Shown piece after piece: positions 52,625-63,081 of a stretch of DNA of 64,000 nucleotides; position 1 is the first letter of the stretch; every line of letters starts with the position of its first letter. The stretch covers positions 54,399-118,398 of the forward strand of contig JADJYK010000007.1 in assembly GCA_016719815.1 (NCBI GenBank). Reading direction: 5' to 3'. Origin of the DNA: Chitinophagaceae bacterium (GTDB lineage Bacteria; Bacteroidota; Bacteroidia; Chitinophagales; Chitinophagaceae). The notes below the pieces were generated by a model. The model was not told the DNA's origin and ran no database searches. It worked only from the letters and a program-made list of their open reading frames with translations. The position numbers and the translations under genes were made by a program.

Positions 52625-54155
52625 TTATACTGCCTTCAGGCTTGCGACTGAGGGGTTTGGCTTTGATATGAACCAAAGGCCGGCGAAAGTAAGCAGGCCG
52701 TTAATCAAAATCAATTCATTCCCGATTTTATATCCGTTAAAAATGCTTTTTGAAATGCCATTTAGCCCAAGACTTTCAATGCCAAGTTTGGCTTCATAAT
52801 AAGCCGGGTTACTCAGGATATCAATTCCCAGTACAAGTAAAGGTGCAACCACACACACAGTCCAGATCATTTTCTCGTTTAGAATTCGCTTAGTTAATAT
52901 TCCAAATCCAAACAATCCAAGCAACGGACCATAGGTAACCCCTGCAAACTTCATGATAAACTCTATTATTGATTTGTCATTAATTGCTCTATACATCATC
53001 ACCATAAGGAAGAATACAAAAGCAAAAGTAAAATGCACCGTAAGCCTTGTACGTTTCTTTTCTTTTTCTGTTCCTTCCTTTTTATTCAACCCCAGTATAT
53101 CAATACAAAAGCAAGAAGTAAGAGATGTGATTGCCCCGTCCACACTTGGGAAAAGCGCTGAAATGATTGCGATAATAAAAATTATACCGATAGTTCCGCT
53201 AAATACTTTACCAAGCGCAACTGTTGGGAACAAATCATCTGCCGGCACACTTATTCCATTTGAACCAGCATACAAATAAAGCAAGCCGCCTAATACAAGA
53301 AAAAGAAAATTAACCACCATTAAGATAGCCGTAAATGTCATCATGTTCTTTTGAGACCCTCTGAGAGTTTTTACACTGATATTTTTTTGCATCATTTCCT
53401 GGTCGAGTCCTGTCATTGCAATAGCTATAAACATTCCACCCAATATCTGCTTCCAGAAATAAGAACCGGCTTTTATATCCCAGTTAAAGACCTGCGAATA
53501 GCCCTTATCAGACATAAGGCTTAAGGCACCACCAAAATCGGTACCTAGTGATTTTACAATTACGATGATACATACCACTAATCCTACCAACATTCCTGTT
53601 GTTTGTAATGTATCGGTATAAATTATTGTTTTAACACCACCCTCAAAAGTGTAAAGCAATATCAGCACCAGTATCACAAGAGTTGTAACTACAAAATGTA
53701 TTCCCAGTTCATTAAAAATGAAAGTCTGCAAAACGCTTATCACCAAATAGAGCCTGGCCGTAGCTCCAACAGTACGGGAAAGAATAAAGAAAAAGGCGCC
53801 AGCTTTATGCGCATTGATACCAAACCTTTTTTCAAGATAAGTGTAAATGCTTGTGAGATTCATCTTATAATATAGCGGCAACAGTACAAATGCAATAACT
53901 ATATATCCTAACAAAAAACCAAGAACTAACTGATAGTAAAAAAAAGCTGCTGGCTCCAACTGTTCCCGGCACACTTACAAACGTAACACCAGAAAGTGAT
54001 GTACCTATCATCCCAAAAGCTACCAGCATCCAGTTACTATTGCGGTTGCCAATAAAGAATGATTCATTATCTGAGTTGCGGGATGTGTACCATGCCACAC
54101 CCAATAACAATGCAAAGTATCCTAAGACGAAAGTGAAGAGCAGCGCAGGAGTCAT
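52625..54155 (-). CDS. Sodium:solute symporter, frameshift at the A8 run 53938-53945
   Basis: FFIGNR, GTSLSGVTFVSVPG, IYTDTLQ, GLDQEMMQKN. ORFs 53865-54155 and 52625-53974 join at this run. Confidence 0.9.
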
Positions 54156-54256
54156 AAAATAAATTTCAGTTAATGAATGTTTATCATTCGGTAAAATGAG
54201 AAAATGAATTTTGAAGATAGAAAAAAATCATTTCCCTTTGCTGCAAGTTATACATT

Positions 54257-54793
54257 ATGGCAATACAATCACTTGCAGTTTTTTGCGGCTCGAAACATGG
54301 AACTACTGGATTGTTTACCGAACATGCTATTGAACTTGGAAAAATTATTGCCGAAAAGAACATCAGGCTGATATATGGCGGTGGCAGTGCAGGTATTATG
54401 GGTTCTATTGCAGACAGCGTAATGCTTCACGGAGGGAAGGTTACCGGCTATATTCCACAATTATTACTCGAATGGGAAGTACAGCACAGAGGCATTACTG
54501 AATTAATTATCTGTGATGACATGCACGAAAGAAAAAAGAAAATCTACAGCGTAAGTGATGCGGCCATTGTGTTACCAGGTGGTTTTGGAACTTTAGATGA
54601 ACTGTTTGAAATTATTACCTGGAATCAGCTTACCATCCACGACAAAGAAATTTATATTCTTAATTCTGGCGGGTTTTACAACCATCTAATTTCTCATATT
54701 AAACAAATGAAAGAAGAACAGTTCTTATATGAAACAGCAGAAAAAAGGATTACCATAATTGATAACCCTTCTTCATTATTACAATATTTATAG
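54257..54793 (+). CDS. LOG family (TIGR00730) nucleotide phosphoribohydrolase
   Basis: VFCGS, YGGG, MHERKK, LPGGFGTLDELFE. Confidence 0.92.
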   Translation: MAIQSLAVFCGSKHGTTGLFTEHAIELGKIIAEKNIRLIYGGGSAGIMGSIADSVMLHGGKVTGYIPQLLLEWEVQHRGITELIICDDMHERKKKIYSVSDAAIVLPGGFGTLDELFEIITWNQLTIHDKEIYILNSGGFYNHLISHIKQMKEEQFLYETAEKRITIIDNPSSLLQYL

Positions 54794-54795
54794 GA

Positions 54796-55410
54796 TTAGC
54801 GTCTCCTCCCACCACCTTGAAACAATGGTATTTGCAGTCCGCCCCTTATTATTGGAATTGAACGTCCGTAGCCGTCAGTATAGGGAGAGTTTTTATTCCC
54901 TGACACATCAAATAATACTGACAGATAATAAAAGGGTTGACCACCGGCCCCTTCTCTGCCAGAAGTATATCCACCCCCAACAAGAAAACTACCTGCATCA
55001 CCTTTTGCAGTCTCAGTGTAAGTGCTGCCCCCTTGTACATACTTTAGCTTAAAAAAATTTTGCTCAAGCTGTGCCTGCGCAAAAAGAAAACGTACCGGAT
55101 AGAGTTTCGCAAATACGCCACCACCATAAACATGCTGCCTGAGTTTATCGTTAAATACTCCATTATAATCCCGGTAAGATGTGTAATTATAATTTATTAC
55201 AACACCCGCATCTGCCCAGTTTGTAAGGCTGTAACCAAGAACCGGACTTGCTCCAACAAGGAATGTACTGTTGTAAAAGGCAAGGGATACACTTCCTCCT
55301 GTAAACAGGTTTTCCTTCCTAAACCCGCCTTTCTTTTCTTCATCTTCATTTTGTGCAATGGAGGCATAAGAAAGGTTAACAACTGCCATTAACAATAATA
55401 TCTTCTTCAT
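54796..55410 (-). CDS. Hypothetical outer-membrane beta-barrel-like protein
   Basis: Signal peptide and alternating aromatic/glycine beta-strand pattern (FTGGSVSL, GASPVLGY, GGGVFAKLYP). Confidence 0.7.
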   Translation of the reverse strand: MKKILLLMAVVNLSYASIAQNEDEEKKGGFRKENLFTGGSVSLAFYNSTFLVGASPVLGYSLTNWADAGVVINYNYTSYRDYNGVFNDKLRQHVYGGGVFAKLYPVRFLFAQAQLEQNFFKLKYVQGGSTYTETAKGDAGSFLVGGGYTSGREGAGGQPFYYLSVLFDVSGNKNSPYTDGYGRSIPIIRGGLQIPLFQGGGRRR

Positions 55411-55518
55411 ATTTTGTGTTTTATCAAATTTTTCCTGCTTAATCCAGTTGACAGGAATCTATTAGTATTTTTTGAGACGATAGCAACTATAGTTTGGCTG
55501 CAAGTAGCAACCCAGCAG

Positions 55519-57570
55519 TTAATAATTCATCAATTTTTTCAACGCCTGTACCACTTTTACAGGATTAGGTAACATGGCATGTTCAAGATGCACATTCATA
55601 GGCACAGCAGGAAGGTTTAATGCACCAAGTACTTCAACCGGTGCATCGAGATACCGGAAACATTCCCTTGAAATTCGGCCAGCCAGTGCTTCGGCAAAAG
55701 AATTATTTTGCTGTTCTTCCGTTAGCACTAAACACCTGCCATGTTTTTTTACTCTTTCAAAAATCAGTTCTTCATCAAGGGGAAATAATGTTCGTAAATC
55801 CACTATCTCAACTTTGCCATGCATTTGTCTTGCCGCGGCTTTTGCCCAATACACACCCATACCATACGTTATGACCACACAACTTTCTCCTTCTCTTATT
55901 GCTTTCGGTTCAGCCTCTGTAACAATATTTGCATTTCCAAAAGGAAGTACATAATCAGAACCTGGCTCCAAAGTTTTAGCATCTTCAGTTCCCGGCACCT
56001 TACTCCAATATAATCCTTTATGTTCCAGCATTACAACCGGGTTGGGGTCATAGTACGCTGCTTTCATCAATCCTTTCATATCTGCAGCATTCGACGGATA
56101 AGCTATTTTAATGCCTTTTATAGAAAGAAGCGTTGTTTCAATACTTCCACTATGATAAGGCCCGCCACCACCGTATGCACCGGTTGGCACTCTTAATATC
56201 ATTGATACCGGAAACTTACCACAAGTAAGATAACAACTTTTAGAAACTTCAGAAGCCAGCTGGTTCAACGCCGGATAGATATAATCGGCAAATTGTACCT
56301 CTACAATCGGCTTCAGTCCTACAGCACTCATTCCGACAGCAGAACCAACAATATAGGCTTCCTGAATTGCAGTATTAAACACCCTATTCTCGCCAAACCT
56401 GTCAGCCAATGTTGCTGCTTCACGGAAAACTCCTCCCAACCTTTTTCCAACATCCTGGCCATAAAGCACTGCTTCAGGGTGCTGCTCCATAATCTCCCGT
56501 ATGGCGAAAAGTGCCGCATCCACCATTAATATTTTCCCTGCCCCAGCAGGCACTCTCTCTCCTTTTTCTTGGGTTACGGCTGTTGGGGCAAATATATGTT
56601 CCCCTACTGTCAAAACATCAGGTTCGGGAGAGGCAACAGTCTTTGCAAATTCAGCCGCAATAAATTCAAAGGCTAACTTTTCAATCTGTATCAGTGTATC
56701 TTCCGGAACTCCTCTTTCAGAAAGTTTAACCCGCAATTTAGGAACAGGGTCATGCTCACAGTGCCTGTTCCAGTCATCTTCTGGCCTGTAAAATTCCTTT
56801 CTGACACCACTTGTATGATGCCCTAATAAAGGTACCCTGGCATGTACTAATACGGGTTTTTTTTGCTTTCTCACAAAATCAAATACTTCACTCATGGTAG
56901 TAAATGATGCTTCAAAATCACTTCCATCTACCTGTACTCTGTGCAATCCTTTAAATCCTGCTGCATATTCGAAAGCATTCATTGTTCTTGCCTCATCTGC
57001 TGTCACACTTATTCCCCAGTCATTATCCTGCACCAGGAAAATTATTGGCAATTGTTTTAAAGCTGCAAACTGGAATGCCTCGCTAACTTCCCCTTCGGTT
57101 ATACTTGCGTCGCCTAAAGAACACAGAACCACGGATTCGGCCAGCCGGTTTCCGGTTTTTTCATTTAGCCAATAGCTGACTCCCTGGGCCACTCCTGTGG
57201 CAGGTATAGCCTGCATTCCTGTGGCACTGCTTTGCATTATGATGGTTGGCTTATCACCGCCCTTGTAGTTTGGATGCGAGTAATATTCTCTTCCCCCGGT
57301 AAAAATATCATTTCCTTTTGCCAGCAATTGCAGCATCTGTTCATAAGGGGAAAAGCCAATGGCCATAATCAAACTTTCGTCCCTGTAATAAGGACTAACA
57401 AAATCTGATGACACCAGCTGAAAAGCTGTTGCAATTTGTATTGCCTCATGGCCCCTTGAAGTAGAGTGAACATAACGGCAAATTGAACGATTTGCCTCAT
57501 ATATAAGGGCCATTTCTTTAGCCTGGCACATCAGCTTATATGCACGGAGCAATATTTCGGTATCAATCAT
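55519..57570 (-). CDS. 2-oxoacid dehydrogenase E1, fused alpha/beta subunits (probably branched-chain)
   Basis: RGHEAIQ, TPP motif GDASITEG...QDN, GHHTSG, beta part GQDVG, NTAIQE, EVQFADY, VDLRTL. Confidence 0.9.
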   Translation of the reverse strand: MIDTEILLRAYKLMCQAKEMALIYEANRSICRYVHSTSRGHEAIQIATAFQLVSSDFVSPYYRDESLIMAIGFSPYEQMLQLLAKGNDIFTGGREYYSHPNYKGGDKPTIIMQSSATGMQAIPATGVAQGVSYWLNEKTGNRLAESVVLCSLGDASITEGEVSEAFQFAALKQLPIIFLVQDNDWGISVTADEARTMNAFEYAAGFKGLHRVQVDGSDFEASFTTMSEVFDFVRKQKKPVLVHARVPLLGHHTSGVRKEFYRPEDDWNRHCEHDPVPKLRVKLSERGVPEDTLIQIEKLAFEFIAAEFAKTVASPEPDVLTVGEHIFAPTAVTQEKGERVPAGAGKILMVDAALFAIREIMEQHPEAVLYGQDVGKRLGGVFREAATLADRFGENRVFNTAIQEAYIVGSAVGMSAVGLKPIVEVQFADYIYPALNQLASEVSKSCYLTCGKFPVSMILRVPTGAYGGGGPYHSGSIETTLLSIKGIKIAYPSNAADMKGLMKAAYYDPNPVVMLEHKGLYWSKVPGTEDAKTLEPGSDYVLPFGNANIVTEAEPKAIREGESCVVITYGMGVYWAKAAARQMHGKVEIVDLRTLFPLDEELIFERVKKHGRCLVLTEEQQNNSFAEALAGRISRECFRYLDAPVEVLGALNLPAVPMNVHLEHAMLPNPVKVVQALKKLMNY

Positions 57571-57621
57571 GCAAGCAAATGTTGGATAAGCAAATGTAAG
57601 GCAATCATTCTCGTAAAAATT

Positions 57622-57646
57622 ATGCCACCCGGAAAGATGGTGGCAT
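57622..57646 (-). terminator. Probable intrinsic terminator
   Basis: atgccacc/ggtggcat stem followed on the minus strand by a T run. Confidence 0.55.
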
Positions 57647-57678
57647 TGCTTCAGTTAGTTTTGCTCCTTCATTCAAAA

Positions 57679-58290
57679 TTATTTTACCTCCAGTTCAAAC
57701 ATTTTATCATCTTCGATAAATCCTTCGAGTATATCTCCAACCACCACTTCCCCTACACCAGCCGGAGTTCCAGTGTAAATCAAATCGCCAATATTAATTG
57801 AAAAATAATTTGAGATGTAAGAGACTATCCTGTCAAAGCTATGAAGCATATTCCCTGTATTACCCTGTTGCACAAGTTCCTTATTCTTATACAATCCAAA
57901 ATTTATATCCTTCTTATTTTTTATGTCTGTAACCGGAACCCACTTACCAATTACAGCTGAGTTATCCCAGGCCTTTGCTCTTTCCCAGGGAAGCCCTTTG
58001 GCTTTAAGTTCGTTTTGAATATCCCTTGCGGTAAAGTCGATTCCAACTGTTATCGCATCATAATATTTACCTGCAAATTTTTCCTGAACATATTTCCCGT
58101 TCTTACTTACTCGCAATACAAGTTCACATTCATAATGCAATTCATTAGTAAACTCCGGATAATAGAAAGGGGTATGCGATTGCAGCAATGCGCTTTTCGG
58201 TTTCATGAAAATAACCGGTTCATCAGGAATCTCGTTGCCAAGTTCTGAAGCATGCGCTGCATAGTTACGTCCAACACAAAAAATTTTCAT
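57679..58290 (-). CDS. Fumarylacetoacetate hydrolase family protein
   Basis: IFCVGRNY, FMKP, HYECE, DFTARD, KAWD, TGTPAGVG. Confidence 0.92.
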   Translation of the reverse strand: MKIFCVGRNYAAHASELGNEIPDEPVIFMKPKSALLQSHTPFYYPEFTNELHYECELVLRVSKNGKYVQEKFAGKYYDAITVGIDFTARDIQNELKAKGLPWERAKAWDNSAVIGKWVPVTDIKNKKDINFGLYKNKELVQQGNTGNMLHSFDRIVSYISNYFSINIGDLIYTGTPAGVGEVVVGDILEGFIEDDKMFELEVK

Positions 58291-58458
58291 ACATGGTGTA
58301 TTATAATCAAATACAATGGAAACAGACCTGTCAGTCCATAGTATTCACTGGTTATCAATAAGATTATCAGATTTTAATATCCTGCTGAATTACAATCGCA
58401 GGTAGTAACGGTGAAAAATGAGGGTCGGTCGGCTAAATTAAGCAATGAAACTGATTTC

Positions 58459-59034
58459 TCATAGCTTAACGTCCTGATTATTTATCAAATTCATAGCGAC
58501 CGATATTCCCTGTGCAGCAAAGACCTCAATAATTTCAACAGCTTTTGAAATTTTCTGGGTGACGAGTGGTTCTTCTTCTTTTTTCCATTTTCCAAGTACA
58601 AAATCTGACTGATGCCCCTTAGGATAATCATTACCAATTCCAAACCTTAGTTTTGGATATTCTCTTGTTTGCAACACCTCTTCAATACTTTTCAAACCGT
58701 TATGGCCAGCATCACTGCCTGCAGGCCTCAGCCTTAACTTATTCAACGGCAATGCAAGGTCATCCACAATAACTAAAGTATTATTCAGGCTAATTTTTTC
58801 TTTGTCTAGCCAATATTTAACTGCCTTTCCGCTTAAATTCATATAAGTAGTGGGGCAAATACAAACAAAATATTTTCCTTTCCATTTTATTTCTGCAACA
58901 TAGGCCAGCCTGTCCACCCGGAAAACACCATCATGTTTATGTACAAAAGCATTAACTACATCAAAGCCTATATTATGCCTTGTATGAGCATATTCGTTTC
59001 CAAAATTTCCCAAGCCAACAACCAGGTATTTCAC
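58459..59034 (-). CDS. pth: Peptidyl-tRNA hydrolase
   Basis: VGLGN, TRHNIGF, PTTYMNLSG, GHNGLKSI, LRFGIG. GTG start. Confidence 0.95.
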   Translation of the reverse strand: MKYLVVGLGNFGNEYAHTRHNIGFDVVNAFVHKHDGVFRVDRLAYVAEIKWKGKYFVCICPTTYMNLSGKAVKYWLDKEKISLNNTLVIVDDLALPLNKLRLRPAGSDAGHNGLKSIEEVLQTREYPKLRFGIGNDYPKGHQSDFVLGKWKKEEEPLVTQKISKAVEIIEVFAAQGISVAMNLINNQDVKL

Positions 59035-59073
59035 TAGTACTATTTATTTGTCAAATATCGCTTACTAAATGTA

Positions 59074-59100
59074 AAAACCCGTATCTGTGATACGGGTTTT
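59074..59100. terminator. Intrinsic terminator after rplY
   Basis: Perfect 12-bp stem aaaacccgtatc/gatacgggtttt with 3-nt loop. Confidence 0.75.
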
Positions 59101-59119
59101 ATAATACAAGTTCCGTTAT

Positions 59120-59740
59120 TTATTTTTTTGCAGCAGGTGCAGCAGGTGCAGCGGCAGCGGCGGGTGTAGCAGGTGCAGCAGCTTCCTCCTGCTTCAGTTG
59201 TCTTGTCATAACTACCGATGCGACAGGAATTCGGGGAGGATTCATTACTTCATAGTTTTCCTCCTTAATATCTTCAACCCTGATATTTCCATTCACCTCA
59301 AGGTCATCAATTGCAACTTCAATGCACTCTTTAAGATATTTAGGATACGTCTTTACTTTTAAAGATTTCATTTTTGTAACGAGCTTACCACCATCTTTTA
59401 CTCCTTTTGAAGCACCCACAAACTTGAGTGGAATATTAGCCACAACTTTTTTCCCTTCTACCAGTTCCAGCAGATCGACATGTATCAAAGATTCATCCAC
59501 TTTGTCAAACTGCAAATCCTTGAGAATAGTTCTGTAGGTTTTCCCATCTACAATAACTTCTGCTATCTGAAAACTGGGAGTGTAAACTAATTTCTTGAAC
59601 GCAGTTGCAGGAGCATAAAAATTAATTTCCTGAGCGCCGCCATAAATTACACCAGGCACCAGTTCCTGAGAGCGGAGCTGCCGGGTGGCCGATTTCCCGA
59701 ATCCGGTCCTCAGTTGACCTTCGATTGTAATTGTTTTCAT
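59120..59740 (-). CDS. rplY: 50S ribosomal protein L25/general stress protein Ctc
   Basis: ATRQLR...VPGVIYG, IHVD, Ala/Pro-rich tail. Confidence 0.94.
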   Translation of the reverse strand: MKTITIEGQLRTGFGKSATRQLRSQELVPGVIYGGAQEINFYAPATAFKKLVYTPSFQIAEVIVDGKTYRTILKDLQFDKVDESLIHVDLLELVEGKKVVANIPLKFVGASKGVKDGGKLVTKMKSLKVKTYPKYLKECIEVAIDDLEVNGNIRVEDIKEENYEVMNPPRIPVASVVMTRQLKQEEAAAPATPAAAAAPAAPAAKK

Positions 59741-59787
59741 TTTTGTTCTTATTGTTTAATTATTAAAAAATTGTAGTTACCCGCACT

Positions 59788-60735
59788 CTACCTGTCCTTC
59801 CGCTGCGAATGAATAAAAAGGCTTGTGATGCTCTTATTTTCATACGCATTCCTGATTGCAACCGCAAAAAGTTCTGCTACTGTCAGCACTTTTATTTTTG
59901 AGGTTTCCTTTTTCAGCGGTATTGTATCACACACAATCAGTTCTTCCAATACACTATTCTCAATATTTTCATATGCTTTTCCACTTAAAACCGGGTGTGT
60001 AATCAGTGCTCGTACTGTTCTGGCACCTTTTTCTTTTAAAAGAGCTGCACTTTTTGCCAATGTCCCTCCTGTATCACAGATATCATCTATCAACACAACA
60101 TCCCTGTCGGTCACATCTCCGATGACCACCATACTGGCAATTTCATTTGCCCGCTTTCTGTGTTTATCGCAGATCACCATTTCTGCATTAAAAAAACTGG
60201 CAATTTCCCTGATGCGGTTTGTTGCTCCCACGTCGGGGGCGGCAAAGGTAAGGTTTTCCAATTTTAAATTCTCAATGTAGGGGATAAAAACTGCATGACT
60301 GTCGAGATGGTCAACCGGAATGTCAAAATATCCCTGAATTTGCGGAGCATGCAGGTCCATAGTAATTACCCGATCAGCACCAGCGGCTACTAACATGTTG
60401 GCAATCAGCTTACTTCCAATTGCTACCCTGGGCTTATCTTTTCTGTCCTGGCGAGCATATCCGTAATACGGAATTACAGCAATTACTTTATAGGCCGAAG
60501 CTCTTTTTGCCGCATCTATCATCAACAGCAATTCCAGCAGGTTCTCAACCGGCGAAAATGTACTTTGAAAAAGGAAAACATAATCCCCTCTTACACTTTC
60601 CAGAAAACTTGGTGAAATTTCCCCATCACTAAACCGCTGTGTATTGACTTTACCCAGCCTTGTTCCATATTGTTTACAGATTTGCTCGGCCAGTTCCATA
60701 GAACCGGTTCCTGAAAAAATTTTTGCGGAATGCAT
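59788..60735 (-). CDS. prs: Ribose-phosphate pyrophosphokinase
   Basis: FSDGE, PYYGYARQDRK, DLHAPQIQG, LIDDICDTGGT. Confidence 0.96.
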   Translation of the reverse strand: MHSAKIFSGTGSMELAEQICKQYGTRLGKVNTQRFSDGEISPSFLESVRGDYVFLFQSTFSPVENLLELLLMIDAAKRASAYKVIAVIPYYGYARQDRKDKPRVAIGSKLIANMLVAAGADRVITMDLHAPQIQGYFDIPVDHLDSHAVFIPYIENLKLENLTFAAPDVGATNRIREIASFFNAEMVICDKHRKRANEIASMVVIGDVTDRDVVLIDDICDTGGTLAKSAALLKEKGARTVRALITHPVLSGKAYENIENSVLEELIVCDTIPLKKETSKIKVLTVAELFAVAIRNAYENKSITSLFIHSQRKDR

Positions 60736-60835
60736 GGCAGATGAATGTGTGCGGCGAAGATAACAATTCGCTGCCTCATTCCTGAAAATTGAAGCTTAAA
60801 AATGGCAACCCCTGAAAATGAACCGACTGTTTTGC

Positions 60836-61009
60836 CTATTTACTTTTGATGGTCAATGCGGTGCTGGCATCTCTTTGGCTACTTGCGTTACAGCTATAGA
60901 AAAGGGAAGAGCAAATAAATACAGAGAGAAAAAGAACAATTACATACAGAAATCCAACAAATAAAACCGGGTGAAGTGCTCCCCCCGAAGCAGTTCTGGT
61001 GTTTTTCAT
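60836..61009 (-). CDS. Unannotated 57-aa membrane protein
   Basis: Hand translation MKNTRTASGGALHPVLFVGFLYVIVLFLSVFICSSLFYSCNASSQRDASTALTIKSK. It fills the prs-radC gap and falls below the apparent 60-aa cut-off of the ORF track. Confidence 0.62.
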   Translation of the reverse strand: MKNTRTASGGALHPVLFVGFLYVIVLFLSVFICSSLFYSCNASSQRDASTALTIKSK

Positions 61010-61088
61010 AAGGTGTGATTTTTGTTTACTTTTTTCAATAGTTGCCTATTGAGATTGACGGCATAAAAATATTAGCTATACTTGTTGT

Positions 61089-61781
61089 ATGCAAGAGCAC
61101 AAGTACTCAATAAAACAGTGGGCAAAAGACGACCGTCCACGGGAAAAATTACTACTGAAAGGCGCCGACAGCCTTAGTAATTCTGAACTGCTGGCCATTT
61201 TAATACAAAACGGCAATAAAGAAAAAACAGCCGTTGACCTGGCAAAAGAAGTGCTGAAATCAGGAAAGGATAATCTGCATGAGCTGGGTAAACTTTCGCT
61301 AAAAGACCTAATGAAAATCAAAGGAATTGGTGAAGCTAAAGCCGTTGCTATTATTGCAGCCCTTGAGCTGGGAAGACGACGGCAGGCAGAAGCACCTATT
61401 GACAAAGCCAGGGTATTATCCAGCAATGATATTGCCGTTTTTTTGCAAGCAAGATTGAAAGATAACCGTCATGAAGTTTTTGCAGTAATGTACCTGAACA
61501 GGGCTAATAAAGTAAACCACTTTGAAATAATAAGCAAAGGAGGCATTACAGGTACGGTGGCTGATCCAAGAGTTATTCTCAGAAAAGCACTGGAGTATGA
61601 TGCCGTAAGTATTATTCTCTGTCACAATCATCCCTCAGGAAGTTTGAAACCGAGCCGTGCAGATGAACAACTTACAGTAAAAATTAAAGAAGCTGCCTGT
61701 TTTTTGGATATAACCGTTCTCGACCATGTAATTGTAAGCGAAAATGGGTATTTCAGTTTTGCAGATGAAGGGCTCCTATAA
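61089..61781 (+). CDS. radC: RadC-family JAB-domain protein
   Basis: DDRPREK, LSNSELLAIL, HhH GIGEAKA, HNHPSG...D, LDHVIV. Confidence 0.94.
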   Translation: MQEHKYSIKQWAKDDRPREKLLLKGADSLSNSELLAILIQNGNKEKTAVDLAKEVLKSGKDNLHELGKLSLKDLMKIKGIGEAKAVAIIAALELGRRRQAEAPIDKARVLSSNDIAVFLQARLKDNRHEVFAVMYLNRANKVNHFEIISKGGITGTVADPRVILRKALEYDAVSIILCHNHPSGSLKPSRADEQLTVKIKEAACFLDITVLDHVIVSENGYFSFADEGLL

Positions 61782-61859
61782 CCAAAGAAATCCTCAAAAA
61801 AAAATTCCAAATTCCTATTGCTCAATAAGAATTTGGAATTTTATCTCTGTGATATCAAT

Positions 61860-62174
61860 CTATGCCTGCGCAGTGGGACCACCAAAGTTCATAGGCAGTT
61901 GTATCTCTTCTAGATCTTTTATTGTACCATTTACAGACTCATATTTTTGAATATTCTCGGTAATAGCCTTCATTAACCGCTTGGCATGTTGCGGGGTAAG
62001 AATAATCCGGGACTTAACTTTGCTTTTGGGTGTTCCCGGCATTACATTCACAAAATCCACCACAAACTCTGCATGGGAGTGGGTAATAATGGCGAGATTA
62101 GCATACGTTCCTTCAGCGACTTCTTCTGATATTTCAATGTTTAGCTGGTTTGGGGCAATTTCTTGTTCTGGCAT
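61860..62174 (-). CDS. DUF3467-family protein
   Basis: GTYANLAIITHSHAEFVVDF...KVKSRIILTPQHAKRL. Confidence 0.85.
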   Translation of the reverse strand: MPEQEIAPNQLNIEISEEVAEGTYANLAIITHSHAEFVVDFVNVMPGTPKSKVKSRIILTPQHAKRLMKAITENIQKYESVNGTIKDLEEIQLPMNFGGPTAQA

Positions 62175-62180
62175 TGTTTA

Positions 62181-62948
62181 TTATTGTGCATTTAATAGAA
62201 TCATTCCGGTTTTCATGCATCCTTCAGGATTTACAGCAAAATTGTTTTCGCCTATTAACCCTGTAAGGTCTTTTATCCTCTTAAACTCTTTTATAAAACC
62301 ATTTGCATTTGCCTTGATTTTCTTTAATCCTTTAACTCCGGTTTCGGCATAGTAGTATTCATAATTCAAATCAAACTGGCGAAGTTCCGACTGTAAAATA
62401 TTGCTGGTATTAATTCCCAGTTCTGAACTATATTTTTTATATAAATTGAATTTATCTCCCTTAAAAAGCTCCAGGTAGTAAGCCTTATCCTTTACCCCAA
62501 GCAGAGAACCATAAATAAACTTCATGGGAAACTGAATATCCAATGCGGTATCCCGTTGAATAATAAATGAATCGAGATCTCCTGGTTCTTTCACTAATGG
62601 TGTGCCTGAATTTTGTACTGACAGAAACCCCACTTCCTGGTTATAAGTGTTATAACTCAGTTTAATATTATAAGCTTTTGTGCCGGGAGAAAACATATCG
62701 CCTTTCAACGGTTCTCCAAAAAGAAATGATGAACCAATTACCTTGTAAGGCCCAATTAATTTGTACATGCCATCACCAGTTTGTTCCTGCAGCAATTTGT
62801 TATGCTGCAATGCCGGGTCTGTCCAGCCTCTCATTTCTGAGGTAGGTGATGGGGGTGCAATAGCACCTGCACTGCCCTGGGCATTTATTTGCTGAACAGA
62901 GCCATAAACCGCAAGTACTGCGATTAGACCTGTTTTCAAGTTTTTCAT
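62181..62948 (-). CDS. Hypothetical secreted protein
   Basis: Sec signal. IGSSFLF...YNTYNQE pattern, family not recognised. Confidence 0.7.
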   Translation of the reverse strand: MKNLKTGLIAVLAVYGSVQQINAQGSAGAIAPPSPTSEMRGWTDPALQHNKLLQEQTGDGMYKLIGPYKVIGSSFLFGEPLKGDMFSPGTKAYNIKLSYNTYNQEVGFLSVQNSGTPLVKEPGDLDSFIIQRDTALDIQFPMKFIYGSLLGVKDKAYYLELFKGDKFNLYKKYSSELGINTSNILQSELRQFDLNYEYYYAETGVKGLKKIKANANGFIKEFKRIKDLTGLIGENNFAVNPEGCMKTGMILLNAQ

Positions 62949-63031
62949 TTCTTACTGTTTATATAAAATTACACAAGAAAGCGTTATTGAAAATATAAAT
63001 CTAAAACAAGTTACCGCTGCAACAAACAAAT

Positions 63032-63060
63032 AAAAAACCGGCTAAAATAGCCGGCTTTTT
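63032..63060. terminator. Intrinsic terminator
   Basis: ccggcta/tagccgg stem with A run before and T run after. Confidence 0.7.
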
Positions 63061-63081
63061 ATTTGTAACGTATTCTGATAA

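Noticed and set aside
57573-57598. 10-bp direct repeat aagcaaatgt upstream of the E1 gene
   Set aside because: One copy is simply the TACATTTG promoter box. It is too short to support an operator claim.
58291-58458. Possible ncRNA or riboswitch between pth and the FAH gene
   Set aside because: No recognisable conserved motif or convincing stem by eye. An Rfam scan would be needed.
59120-59190. gcagcaggt-type short tandem repeats
   Set aside because: They encode the Ala/Pro-rich tail of L25/Ctc.
61089-61781. RadC/JAB as part of a defence or mobile island
   Set aside because: Full-length chromosomal-type RadC with HhH among housekeeping genes. No E1/E2, CBASS or integrase genes nearby.
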